A stretch of DNA of 64,000 nt, taken from NCBI GenBank assembly GCA_965246885.1, contig OZ251992.1, forward strand, positions 320,001-384,000, written 5' to 3'. This stretch comes from Abditibacterium sp. GTDB lineage: Bacteria; Armatimonadota; Abditibacteriia; Abditibacteriales; Abditibacteriaceae. A model generated the notes under the pieces. That model had not been told where the DNA came from. It made no database searches and saw only the letters and a list, made by a program, of their open reading frames with translations. A program made the position numbers and the translations under genes. Position 1 is the stretch's first letter. Each line of letters starts with the position of its first letter. This document shows, piece by piece, positions 28,750 through 36,839 of the stretch.

Positions 28750-29229
28750 TTAGAAAATTGTTCTGTGTGTTCTATAAAAGGCGTGGGCCTTTTCGGATTG
28801 ATCTTTCCAAAACGCAACTTTGGCTGCATCATTTTTAGTCTCGTCATCAAACTTAGTCAAAGCGCCTATTTTATACATGAGATTGTAAAACCCGTCAGTT
28901 GGCATCCCATTTTGTTTACCAACACCAAAACAGCTTGCAAAAAATTGGTGTTCTATGTAGCTATGACGCGAGATAAACCCCATATAATCTCCCAATAAAT
29001 CTTGATCGAATCCATTCCAGCTTCGAGTGTCTATCTGGAATGGCACACCGAGCCTGATGTTGGGCAGACAAAAATCGACACCTTGCACTAAATTGGAATA
29101 GTTAATCCAGTTCTCTTTGTGTGACCTTGCTGCACTGGCGATTCGTGCTTCCAAAGCGGTCACAGCATTCCAGTCTTTAGGCGCATATTTCCATTCTATG
29201 CTCAGCAATTTCTCAGCGATTGGGTTCAT
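28750..29229 (-). CDS. Hypothetical protein, low GC (likely horizontally acquired)
   Basis: 159-aa ORF with upstream GGAGG; visibly AT-rich relative to the flanks. Confidence 0.7.
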   Translation of the reverse strand: MNPIAEKLLSIEWKYAPKDWNAVTALEARIASAARSHKENWINYSNLVQGVDFCLPNIRLGVPFQIDTRSWNGFDQDLLGDYMGFISRHSYIEHQFFASCFGVGKQNGMPTDGFYNLMYKIGALTKFDDETKNDAAKVAFWKDQSEKAHAFYRTHRTIF

Positions 29230-29306
29230 TGTTCTTCCTCCATAAATTATCCAGCACGTTCATTAGGCTAACTGAAACCATACATCCAAGCAAGACAAGA
29301 AATGAA

Positions 29307-29338
29307 AGGCGCGCCGCTTTCTCGAACGGCGCGCTCCT
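29307..29338. terminator. Hairpin downstream of pafA, related to the 28694 hairpin
   Basis: gcgcgccg-ctttctcgaa-cggcgcgc; shares tcgaacggcg with the 28694 hairpin. Confidence 0.65.
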
Positions 29339-29342
29339 GAAG

Positions 29343-30830
29343 CTACCAACTCAGCGACTTTGTAAACGCGGTCGCTTCGGTTTCGTAGGTGTGGAAGGGG
29401 TTGCGGAGTTCGAGGTGGCGGTCTTTGTCGACGCGCACCCAGTCCCAGTCAATGAGGTAGCGGCCCCATTTGTGGGCGATGAGTTGAGAAATCACTTCGG
29501 CGCGGCCTTTGGCGCGGGTGTTTTGCGGCGGGAGTTTGGTGGCGTTTTCGATTTGCTCGTCGGTCAGCATCCGGTGGGCGTCGCCCAACTCTTCGAGGCC
29601 GAAATAGAGGCCCGTCGCGGGGTTGATGTTGTGGTATTCGAGGTCGAGCGAATGGAGAACGTCGTCGCCCCAGCCGACTTTCTCGGAGTCCATATATTCG
29701 AGCAGCATCTTCTTTTTTGCCACCCAGTCGAGCTTGTCGGCTAAACGCATCGGGTCGCTTTCCAAGAGGGCGAGGGTGGATTCCCACTCGTAAATCGCCT
29801 CGTCGGTCTGGGCGTCTTTGCCTTTGAGATGCTTTTGCGCGGCTTCGAGATAGAAGCGTTGCAGGTCTACCGCGCTCATGGTTTTGCCGCCCGTTCCGCG
29901 CACGGGCCACTTCTGGGTTTGGTCGCGCGAGACGGATTTGAGGGCCGACAGCGCGTCTTCGAGGCGCACGTCTTGGGGCACGACTTTCATGTCGAGCAGG
30001 TCGAGGACGAGGCACGTCGTCGCCACTTTGAGCCACGTCGCGTATTCCATCATGTTCGGCTCGCCATACAGGACGTGCAAGCGGTGCAAGTCAGAGTAGT
30101 CGTAATACGAATCGCGCTTGGGGTTGATGATGGCGCGGTTGAAGCGCACGCGCGACGACACGGTGTTGACGATGTGATCGGCGCGCTGCGACAGTTGGAA
30201 ATCAACGGTGTCGTCTATCTCGACGCCATAGAAATCGGCGACCCACATCGTGTCCACCTCGTGTTCGCCCACGCTCATAATGTTGCGCCGGAAGTCGTGG
30301 CGGTTCAGCTTGTGCCCGCCGACGCGCCCGACACCCGCGAAAATCTGCCGCGTCACCAGAAACGGCATTAGCAAACTCAGCGAGCCGCGAAACGCCGACG
30401 CGGAAATATCTACCAGATAGTTCTCGTGGCAACCGAAGGTGTGCCCGCCGAAGTGGTCAATCGAGTTGGCGTAGAACGCCACATCCTCGGACAGTTCCAA
30501 ATCTTCGAGGAGGGATTGTAAAATGACGCGCCCCGCGCGGTCAAAGGCCACCACATCGCGCCAGTTGGTGCATTCGGGCGTGGCGTATTCCTCGTGCGAG
30601 CCGACGGCATCCACATACAAACGCCCGCCGTTGATCAAAAACCCGCCCGAACGCGCCGGTTCAAACGCATAATCGCGCGCGTGCATATCGAGCAGCCCGA
30701 TCTTTTTCCGCAGAAAAGCGTGGTCTTTGACCGCCTCGACAATGCGCTCACTCCCGCCGCGCCCGCCAATGCGGTCGTTGCGAACCATACAGCCAAACTC
30801 GGTTTCAATCCCGACGATGCGTTGTTCCAT
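29343..30830 (-). CDS. pafA: Pup/UBact-protein ligase (PafA family)
   Basis: MEQRIVGIETEFG, FLINGGRLYVD.VGSH.EYATPEC, GCHENYL, QLSQRADH, RLHV, LDWVAKK, LDLEYH. Confidence 0.85.
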   Translation of the reverse strand: MEQRIVGIETEFGCMVRNDRIGGRGGSERIVEAVKDHAFLRKKIGLLDMHARDYAFEPARSGGFLINGGRLYVDAVGSHEEYATPECTNWRDVVAFDRAGRVILQSLLEDLELSEDVAFYANSIDHFGGHTFGCHENYLVDISASAFRGSLSLLMPFLVTRQIFAGVGRVGGHKLNRHDFRRNIMSVGEHEVDTMWVADFYGVEIDDTVDFQLSQRADHIVNTVSSRVRFNRAIINPKRDSYYDYSDLHRLHVLYGEPNMMEYATWLKVATTCLVLDLLDMKVVPQDVRLEDALSALKSVSRDQTQKWPVRGTGGKTMSAVDLQRFYLEAAQKHLKGKDAQTDEAIYEWESTLALLESDPMRLADKLDWVAKKKMLLEYMDSEKVGWGDDVLHSLDLEYHNINPATGLYFGLEELGDAHRMLTDEQIENATKLPPQNTRAKGRAEVISQLIAHKWGRYLIDWDWVRVDKDRHLELRNPFHTYETEATAFTKSLSW

Positions 30831-30886
30831 GATGTGGGGTCTGCTCCCTGCAAATTGAGGGGCGAAGAGGAGTTTAAGAGGGTGCG

Positions 30887-31168
30887 TTACTTGCCGCGTT
30901 TGAGGAGGCGCCAGCCACCACGGATCAGCAAAATTCCGAAATAACAAAAGACCAAGCCCATCAATGCTGAGCCACTCACCGCAGAAAGACTCGCAGGACG
31001 CGGCGTAGGAATTCCGGCAAAACGGAACGCGATTCCGGTCATGCAAATACCACCCAGAACAAAAAGTGAGAAGCCCTGAAATACATGAGTCAGCCCCTTC
31101 CAGTTAGTCCAAAAAGTGCGAGACGGTTTTGAACGCGGGTCGGCGATGGGGGGCGGTTCGGGGTTCAT
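30887..31168 (-). CDS. Small membrane protein (PPPIA-leader family, copy 1)
   Basis: MNPEPPPIADP followed by two hydrophobic segments. Confidence 0.65.
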   Translation of the reverse strand: MNPEPPPIADPRSKPSRTFWTNWKGLTHVFQGFSLFVLGGICMTGIAFRFAGIPTPRPASLSAVSGSALMGLVFCYFGILLIRGGWRLLKRGK

Positions 31169-31195
31169 GGCGAGGCGTCGGAGTTTATGGGCAGC

Positions 31196-31312
31196 GCGTC
31201 CGGGAGGACGCTTGGCGAAGCCGGATGCCGGGGATTTCATATCCCCGAACACCAACGGGGGTATAAAACCCCCGGCATCCGGGCGCAAGCGCCCAAGCGT
31301 CCTGCCGGACGC
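31196..31312. repeat. REPIN-like nested palindrome
   Basis: Outer arms 31196-31215/31293-31312 (1 mismatch) and inner arms 31221-31247/31256-31282 (3 mismatches); each arm is itself a small hairpin. Confidence 0.8.
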
Positions 31313-31323
31313 GGCGCCGCGAT

Positions 31324-31608
31324 TCACCGCCCGTACTTCCAGATTCGCAGCCCATGCCGGATGAGCAGGAAGCCCAACGCGCACAGAACCAGCGAGAACA
31401 CACCCACTACGGCGTAGCCAAAAGTGTTGCCGAGCGTCATTCGTGGCATGAGGTCGCCGGGTATGAAAAACCCCAACAACAACGTCGGCACGCCAAAGCA
31501 AATGTGAACCAGCCCCAACAACCAAGTCCAAACCGTGCGCGGCGCCGTTTCGATGGGTAGGGGCGGCGCCCCTTGCGCGTCGGCAATGGGCGGCGGGTCG
31601 GGGTTCAT
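31324..31608 (-). CDS. Small membrane protein (PPPIA-leader family, copy 2)
   Basis: MNPDPPPIADAQGAPP, two TM segments, LLIRHG end resembling copy 1 (LLIRGG). Confidence 0.65.
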   Translation of the reverse strand: MNPDPPPIADAQGAPPLPIETAPRTVWTWLLGLVHICFGVPTLLLGFFIPGDLMPRMTLGNTFGYAVVGVFSLVLCALGFLLIRHGLRIWKYGR

Positions 31609-31623
31609 GGGATAGCACGCGGG

Positions 31624-31788
31624 CTAATAACCTTGGGTGCACATCGCGTAAATGAAGCAGCCAGCCCCGATAATATAGGCCAGAAAGAAGGCGGCAAGGA
31701 GAATCACTGCGCGGCTCACTGGCGGTCGTTGCGGCGGGTCGGGCGGCGCCCCATGCGGGTTGGCAATGGGCGGCGGTTCGGCGGGCAC
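31624..31788 (-). CDS. Small membrane protein (PPPIA-leader family, copy 3; 54 aa, not in the ORF track)
   Basis: GTG start, VPAEPPPIANPHGAPP followed by one TM segment. Confidence 0.5.
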   Translation of the reverse strand: MPAEPPPIANPHGAPPDPPQRPPVSRAVILLAAFFLAYIIGAGCFIYAMCTQGY

Positions 31789-31840
31789 CGCCGAAGTATA
31801 CGGACGAAAAAGGCGCGCACCAAGCGGTGCGCGCCTTTCC

Positions 31841-32506
31841 CTACTTCAACTTCCCCGCGAACTTCGCGCGGAATTCGGCGATTTCGGGGGCGATGACGCC
31901 CGCGCAGTAGGGTTGCTGCGGGTGCAGGTTGTAGTAGTCGAGGTGGTAGTCTTCGGCGCGATAGAAAGTCTTGAGCGGTGCGACTTCGGTCACGATGGGC
32001 GCGTCCCAAACGTGCTGCGCGCCGATTTGCTTGATGGCCGCGAGCGCCTCTTGCTTTTGCTCCGCGCTACGGGCGAAGATGACGGAGCGGTATTGCGTGC
32101 CCTCGTCTGGACCTTGCTTGTTGAGCGTGGTGGGGTTGCGGACGGTGAGTAGCACGTCGAGCAAGTCGCGGTAGGAGATGACTTTGGGGTCGAAGATGAT
32201 GTTGACCGTTTCGGCGTGGCCGGTGTCGCCTTCCTCGACTTGGGCGTAGGTCGGGTTCTTGGTTTTGCCGCCCGCGAAGCCGGGTTCAACGGACGCGACG
32301 CCCTTGAGTTGCTTGAAAATCGCTTCCATGCTCCAAAAGCATCCGGCGGCGAAGGTGGCGGTTTGTTGGCCGGGCTTGGCGACTTTCGGGGCGCCGATGT
32401 GCATGGACTCGGACGCCGACGCAACTGCGCCTTGCGGGAGAGTATGCAACGCGACGGCGCCCAAACTGAGCGCGGCGACGAGCAAGAGGGCTTTGATGGG
32501 TTTCAT
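31841..32506 (-). CDS. msrA: Peptide methionine sulfoxide reductase A with signal peptide
   Basis: AAGCFW, TGHAE, QG.D.GTQYRS, FYRAEDYH. Confidence 0.93.
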   Translation of the reverse strand: MKPIKALLLVAALSLGAVALHTLPQGAVASASESMHIGAPKVAKPGQQTATFAAGCFWSMEAIFKQLKGVASVEPGFAGGKTKNPTYAQVEEGDTGHAETVNIIFDPKVISYRDLLDVLLTVRNPTTLNKQGPDEGTQYRSVIFARSAEQKQEALAAIKQIGAQHVWDAPIVTEVAPLKTFYRAEDYHLDYYNLHPQQPYCAGVIAPEIAEFRAKFAGKLK

Positions 32507-32554
32507 GTGTCCTTATAAGGTGCAAGGCGCGGCGGAAAGTTCCCGAATGAGTTT

Positions 32555-32601
32555 GGAGTGCGCCCGTTAGGGCGAGACAAACGCCCTGACGGGCGCACTC
32601 C
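32555..32601. terminator. Hairpin downstream of the proteasome alpha gene
   Basis: ggagtgcgcccgttagggcg...cgccctgacgggcgcactcc. Confidence 0.7.
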
Positions 32602-32605
32602 AAAC

Positions 32606-33349
32606 TTAGTTCACATCCGCGCTCGTCAGCAGCCGGAATTTGGACTCGCGGGGCGTGTTGCGCTCCAAGATGCCGCCTTCAAAGGTGGCGTTTTCAAGGG
32701 CCTTGGCGAGCGGGTCAACCGTCGCGCCGAGGTCGTCGGTTTGCTCTTTGTCGTCCTCGTCGGTTCCCTTGCGGTAGGCGAGTCCAGCGCGGATGGCGTC
32801 CTTGGCGCGGGCGATTGCGTTCGGGAGATCGGGCGTCGAGGAAAAGCCTTTAAGGGTTTCGTTCATGGCGTCTTCGGCGCCGTCGGTGCCGCCCGCGACG
32901 GCAAACGCGGAGTGCGTCGAGAACTCGCCGTCGTAGTTGAGCACGAAGAACTGGTCAGTCTCCGGCGTGCGGCCAAGCTCGGCAAAAGCGGCGCGCAGAA
33001 CGTTGGGCGAAGTCATCGGGTCGCCGAAAGCGCGCTTGAGCGGCGGGCTGAGAGTGAATCCGACGAGCCGTTGAATGGACACGTCGTCCGGCGAGCGGCT
33101 AAAGCCCTCTTGGTGACAGAAGTCAATGGACGCGAGGCGCACAGCTTCGACATCGGCTTGGTTGCCCAAGGCGCAGTACATTAGCTGGTCGTAGATCTCA
33201 AAGACCTTGCGCTGCGTCTTTTTGAGCGTCAGGAGCAACACGCCTTGATCGAAAGAAATGGCGACGACGGGCATGCCCGACTTGAGCCGCTCTTCGACAT
33301 ACTCAGCGCGGTTGGCGATGGATTGATTGAAATCGTAGGGACTATACAT
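32606..33349 (-). CDS. prcA: 20S proteasome alpha subunit
   Basis: MYSPYD...RAEYVEERL, RKVFEIYD, GNQADVE, SPDDVS; position between the beta gene and pafA. Confidence 0.85.
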   Translation of the reverse strand: MYSPYDFNQSIANRAEYVEERLKSGMPVVAISFDQGVLLLTLKKTQRKVFEIYDQLMYCALGNQADVEAVRLASIDFCHQEGFSRSPDDVSIQRLVGFTLSPPLKRAFGDPMTSPNVLRAAFAELGRTPETDQFFVLNYDGEFSTHSAFAVAGGTDGAEDAMNETLKGFSSTPDLPNAIARAKDAIRAGLAYRKGTDEDDKEQTDDLGATVDPLAKALENATFEGGILERNTPRESKFRLLTSADVN

Positions 33350-33361
33350 AAGGATGGGCGC

Positions 33362-34177
33362 TTAAAGCGCGTCGGCTTCGACGCGCTGGGCGGACACGTT
33401 CAACGACTGAGGCGCTTGGCCGGATTGCATGTCGTCCAAGACGCGCTGGAGTTCGCCCTCGTTGAGGTTGAGAATCCCGTCGCGCGTGACGGCCTTGGCG
33501 GAAGGGGCGATTTTGGCGTAGCCGCCGGTTGCGGCGTCGTTGTCGGCGGCGATGTCAAGCAGAATCAGGCACTCGCGCAAAGCGGTTTGTAAGTCCATCT
33601 CGGCGAAGGGGCCTTTGGTGCGGGTGATGTAATCGAAACTGCCGCGTATCGGCGCGCTGCCACTTCCGGCGGCGCCGAAGTCGGTGCTTTCAAAGCGCGC
33701 GCCCATCGGGTCGAAGAAGAAAATCTTGCCCTCGTTCGTCTGGACATCCCACGCGGAAAGCACCGGAACGAAGGTGCCGACACCTTGCAAAGCCATCGGC
33801 AAGTTCTGAACGAGGGCTTTGGTCATTTCGGCTAACTTGCCCTCCAGACTCATCGGCTGCAACTGCGAGCGGGTGTAGTACTTGAAGGAATGACGCAGGA
33901 AGCGGGCGATCTCGACGGCTTTGGCGAAGCTGCCGGAAATGGACACGAGCGTGTGGTCGTCGAGCGGAAGAATCTTCTCGCTCTTGTCGTACATGATGCT
34001 CATGCCCGCCGTCGCGCGGCGGTCGGCGACGTTGAGCACGCCGTCGCGGTATTTGACGGCAATCACCGTCGTGCCGTGCGTATCGAACGAGGCATCCGGG
34101 ATGGGTGCGGCAATGGGAATGGTAACGGGTGAAACGAGACGGCCAAAGTCGCCGTTCGTGTTGAAAGAAAGACTCAT
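33362..34177 (-). CDS. prcB: 20S proteasome beta subunit (propeptide plus N-terminal Thr)
   Basis: HG|TTVIAVKYRDGV..VADRRAT, GSGS, DAATGG. Confidence 0.9.
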   Translation of the reverse strand: MSLSFNTNGDFGRLVSPVTIPIAAPIPDASFDTHGTTVIAVKYRDGVLNVADRRATAGMSIMYDKSEKILPLDDHTLVSISGSFAKAVEIARFLRHSFKYYTRSQLQPMSLEGKLAEMTKALVQNLPMALQGVGTFVPVLSAWDVQTNEGKIFFFDPMGARFESTDFGAAGSGSAPIRGSFDYITRTKGPFAEMDLQTALRECLILLDIAADNDAATGGYAKIAPSAKAVTRDGILNLNEGELQRVLDDMQSGQAPQSLNVSAQRVEADAL

Positions 34178-34186
34178 AAAAATCAA

Positions 34187-34267
34187 AGCCACAGATGGAC
34201 ACGGAAAACACGGTTAGGCATCAGGCAACCCTGCTCGCATCCGTGCCTTCCGTGTCCATCTGTGGCT
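34187..34267. repeat. Intergenic long inverted repeat
   Basis: agccacagatggacacggaa...ttccgtgtccatctgtggct. Confidence 0.85.
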
Positions 34268-34273
34268 CCTAAA

Positions 34274-34468
34274 CTACTGGCCGCTACGTTGGCGGTAGCG
34301 TTTGGCTTGATCGGGGTCAACGCGCTTCATGCGGTCGAGGATGTTCTTGGAGTCGGGGCGCTTGACCGAAGGCTTGCTCGGCCCGGTCTCGTCGCCGCCG
34401 GGACGGGGCGACGGGTCACTTGGCAACTGGCGACGACCGGTTTCGTCGGCCCGAAATTCGTGTTTCAT
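34274..34468 (-). CDS. ubact: Ubiquitin-like protein UBact (64 aa)
   Basis: Low-complexity N-terminus and LDRMKRVDPDQAKRYRQRSGQ C-terminus, directly upstream of the proteasome beta gene. Confidence 0.9.
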   Translation of the reverse strand: MKHEFRADETGRRQLPSDPSPRPGGDETGPSKPSVKRPDSKNILDRMKRVDPDQAKRYRQRSGQ

Positions 34469-34628
34469 AGTGGAATTACCTCGCGGGGACTCGAAGGCGC
34501 CGGACGTGCAAGAGGGGCCTTCACCGCTTCCAGACGCGCGGCAAATGGCGCGGGTTTCCGGTGCGGCGGCGGCATTTGCGGGAAGTCCGATAGCTTTAGC
34601 GGCGAAGTCGGTGCAAAAGGGGGCGCCA

Positions 34629-35675
34629 GTGACTTCTTCGCCGCTTGCATCGCCGTCTAAACTGGGCCTATCGCCGGGTTTTTGGGCGATGCTATGGCGG
34701 GCCGCCGTGTGGCTGGGCGCGCTGCATCTGGCGCTGCAATTCGCCTTGATGGTGCCCGCGCTGTGGGGACGCACGGACAGGATGCGCGATGTCGCGGTGT
34801 ATTACGACGCGCTGCAACGCTTCTCTCGCGGAGCGAGAGTGTACCAGCCTTGGCCGGGCTACGGCGTGCAAATGACGCCGTTTCGCTTCTTCTATGCGCC
34901 GCCGTTTCTGCTTTTTCTGCGACCCTTTGCGGGGCTGGACTTCCTGACGTTCGCCCGCGTGTGGTCGTGCCTGCTGCTTGTTCCGTTTTGGGTGTACGCC
35001 TTTTGCCTCAGCCGCTTGGCAACGGGCCGATGGGATGCCAAAGTCGCGCTGGTGTTCGGCTTGGCCATCGAGTTTGGGCGCGGCTACGCTTCAATTTCGC
35101 TGGGCCAAGCGGAGCCTTGGATGTGGATGCTGTTCGGTCTGGCCCTCACGACGCGCACGCGGGCCGGTTGGCTGGCGCTCGCCACCCTCGTCAAGATTCA
35201 TCCCTTGTGGTCGCTGTGTTTGGCCTTGGGGCAATCCAAGGGCGCGTGGAAGTCGGCGCTGCTGTTCGCTCTGCCGGTATTGGCGGCGTCGCTGTGGTTA
35301 GTGGGCACGCGCAACTGGGCGATGTGGTGGCCCGCCACGCAACCCGTTGCCTCGCAGGGCACCTTCAACTCCGACAACTGGTCGCTGTCGTTCTTCGCGC
35401 TCCGACTGCTCCATTGGATTGGGTTGCTGAAAGCGTCTGGCACGCTCCCCGCGTGGGCGAAAGCGTGGCTGTCGGTGTGCGCGGTCGGCGGGCCGTTGGG
35501 CGTGATGTGGGCGGCGCGCCGTCAGTCGCCAAATTTGCGCCTCGCTTTGGTGGCATGCGCGGGGGTGTTGTGCGCGCCGTTGTGCTGGACTTTGTATTTT
35601 CCGCTCTTTTTGCTGCCGCTCGCGGTTTGGTTGGGAGAACGCTCGCTGTCAATGGCTCCGGAGGCGGCGCGATGA
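34629..35675 (+). CDS. GT87/DUF2029-like membrane glycosyltransferase, copy 1 (start uncertain)
   Basis: RD..VYYDA, FFYAPPFL, LGQAEP, LATLVKIHP. Confidence 0.75.
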   Translation: MTSSPLASPSKLGLSPGFWAMLWRAAVWLGALHLALQFALMVPALWGRTDRMRDVAVYYDALQRFSRGARVYQPWPGYGVQMTPFRFFYAPPFLLFLRPFAGLDFLTFARVWSCLLLVPFWVYAFCLSRLATGRWDAKVALVFGLAIEFGRGYASISLGQAEPWMWMLFGLALTTRTRAGWLALATLVKIHPLWSLCLALGQSKGAWKSALLFALPVLAASLWLVGTRNWAMWWPATQPVASQGTFNSDNWSLSFFALRLLHWIGLLKASGTLPAWAKAWLSVCAVGGPLGVMWAARRQSPNLRLALVACAGVLCAPLCWTLYFPLFLLPLAVWLGERSLSMAPEAAR

Positions 35676-36706
35676 AGGCGGTTTCCTCACGGGTGCCCGC
35701 GCGCCGCGCGCCCTTCTCGCCCGCGTTTGGCGCGCTTCTGTGGAAATGCCTCGTGGCGTTGGGGGCGTTTCACGCCCTCGCGCAGTTGCTATATTCTCTG
35801 CCGTTGGAACTATCGCGCACCGACACGGCGCGCGATACCCTCGTGTATTACGACGCCCTGCAACGACTGATGCGCGGCGCGGCGGTGTATCAGCCTTGGC
35901 CCGACTACAACGTGCAAATGACGCCGGGGCGCTTCTTTTACTCGCCCGCGTTTTTGCTACTCCTGCGGCCCCTCGCGGGGCTGGACTTCGTAGGGTTCGC
36001 GCGCGCGTGGACACTGTTGATGCATGGCGCGTTTTGGGCGTACGCCTTTTGCCTTGGTCGCTTGGCGACGGGCAAATGGAACTTCCCCGTCGCCTCCTTA
36101 TATGCGATGGTGGCCAACCTCGTGTTCCAAGGCCACACGGCGCTGTCCATTGGCCAAGCGGAGCCGCTCATGTGGATGCTGTTTGGCTTCGCGCTCGTAT
36201 CGGCGCGCACGCGGGCGGGGTGGCTGGCGTTGGCGACCCTTGTCAAGATTCATCCCTTGTGGTCGCTGTGTTTGGCCTTGGGGCAATCCAAGGGCGCGTG
36301 GAAGTCGGCGCTGCTGTTCGCTCTGCCGGTATTGGCGGCGTCGCTGTGGTTAGTGGGCGCGCGCAACTGGGCGATGTGGTGGCCCGCCACTGCGCCCGTT
36401 GCCTCGCAAGGGACAATGAATCCGGGCAACGTCTCGCTGTCGTTTTTGGTGCTACGGGCGCTGAGTTGGGCCGGGTTATGGAAGGCGAGCGGAACATTGC
36501 CGTTGTGGGCCAAAGCGTGGCTGTCGGCGGGCGCGGTCGGCGGGCCGCTTGGCATGGCTTATGGGTTGCGCCGCCAGTCGCCGGAGTTACGCCTCGCGCT
36601 GGTGGCGTGTGTGGGCGTACTGCTGGCGCCTCTTTGTTGGACGGCGTATCTCCCGCTGCTGTTATTGCCGTGCGCCGTGTGGCAAGGAGCGCGCGTCACG
36701 CGGTGA
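35672..36706 (+). CDS. GT87/DUF2029-like membrane glycosyltransferase, copy 2
   Basis: Same motifs; ATGA overlap with copy 1. Confidence 0.75.
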   Translation: MKAVSSRVPARRAPFSPAFGALLWKCLVALGAFHALAQLLYSLPLELSRTDTARDTLVYYDALQRLMRGAAVYQPWPDYNVQMTPGRFFYSPAFLLLLRPLAGLDFVGFARAWTLLMHGAFWAYAFCLGRLATGKWNFPVASLYAMVANLVFQGHTALSIGQAEPLMWMLFGFALVSARTRAGWLALATLVKIHPLWSLCLALGQSKGAWKSALLFALPVLAASLWLVGARNWAMWWPATAPVASQGTMNPGNVSLSFLVLRALSWAGLWKASGTLPLWAKAWLSAGAVGGPLGMAYGLRRQSPELRLALVACVGVLLAPLCWTAYLPLLLLPCAVWQGARVTR

Positions 36707-36828
36707 CAGACGTACGCCGACGAGTGACAGACATACGCCGACGAGCGACAGACGTCGGCGGAGCAGTGACAGACGTCCCGGACTGAGGCAGAGACGACAG
36801 CGCAAACGTGACAGACGTCTTTATTTGG
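36703..36828. repeat. 21-bp-period tandem array, family A, 6 units
   Basis: gtgacagacgtacgccgacga / gtgacagacatacgccgacga / gcgacagacgtcggcggagca / gtgacagacgtcccggactga / ggcagagacgacagcgcaaac / gtgacagacgtctttatttgg; the first unit supplies the TGA stop of the upstream gene. Confidence 0.9.
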
Positions 36829-36839
36829 AAAACCGGAGT

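Noticed and set aside
26627..29338. Hairpins as integron attC sites
   Set aside because: They are short terminator-like stems without the clear R/L box structure of attC, and no integron integrase is present.
30831..31046. N-terminal extension of pafA
   Set aside because: The family-typical start is MEQRIVGIETE, and the extension overlaps a separate small membrane gene.
34469..34774. 166-aa version of the UBact ORF
   Set aside because: Only the last 64 aa match UBact, and the extension overlaps the divergent GT87-like gene.
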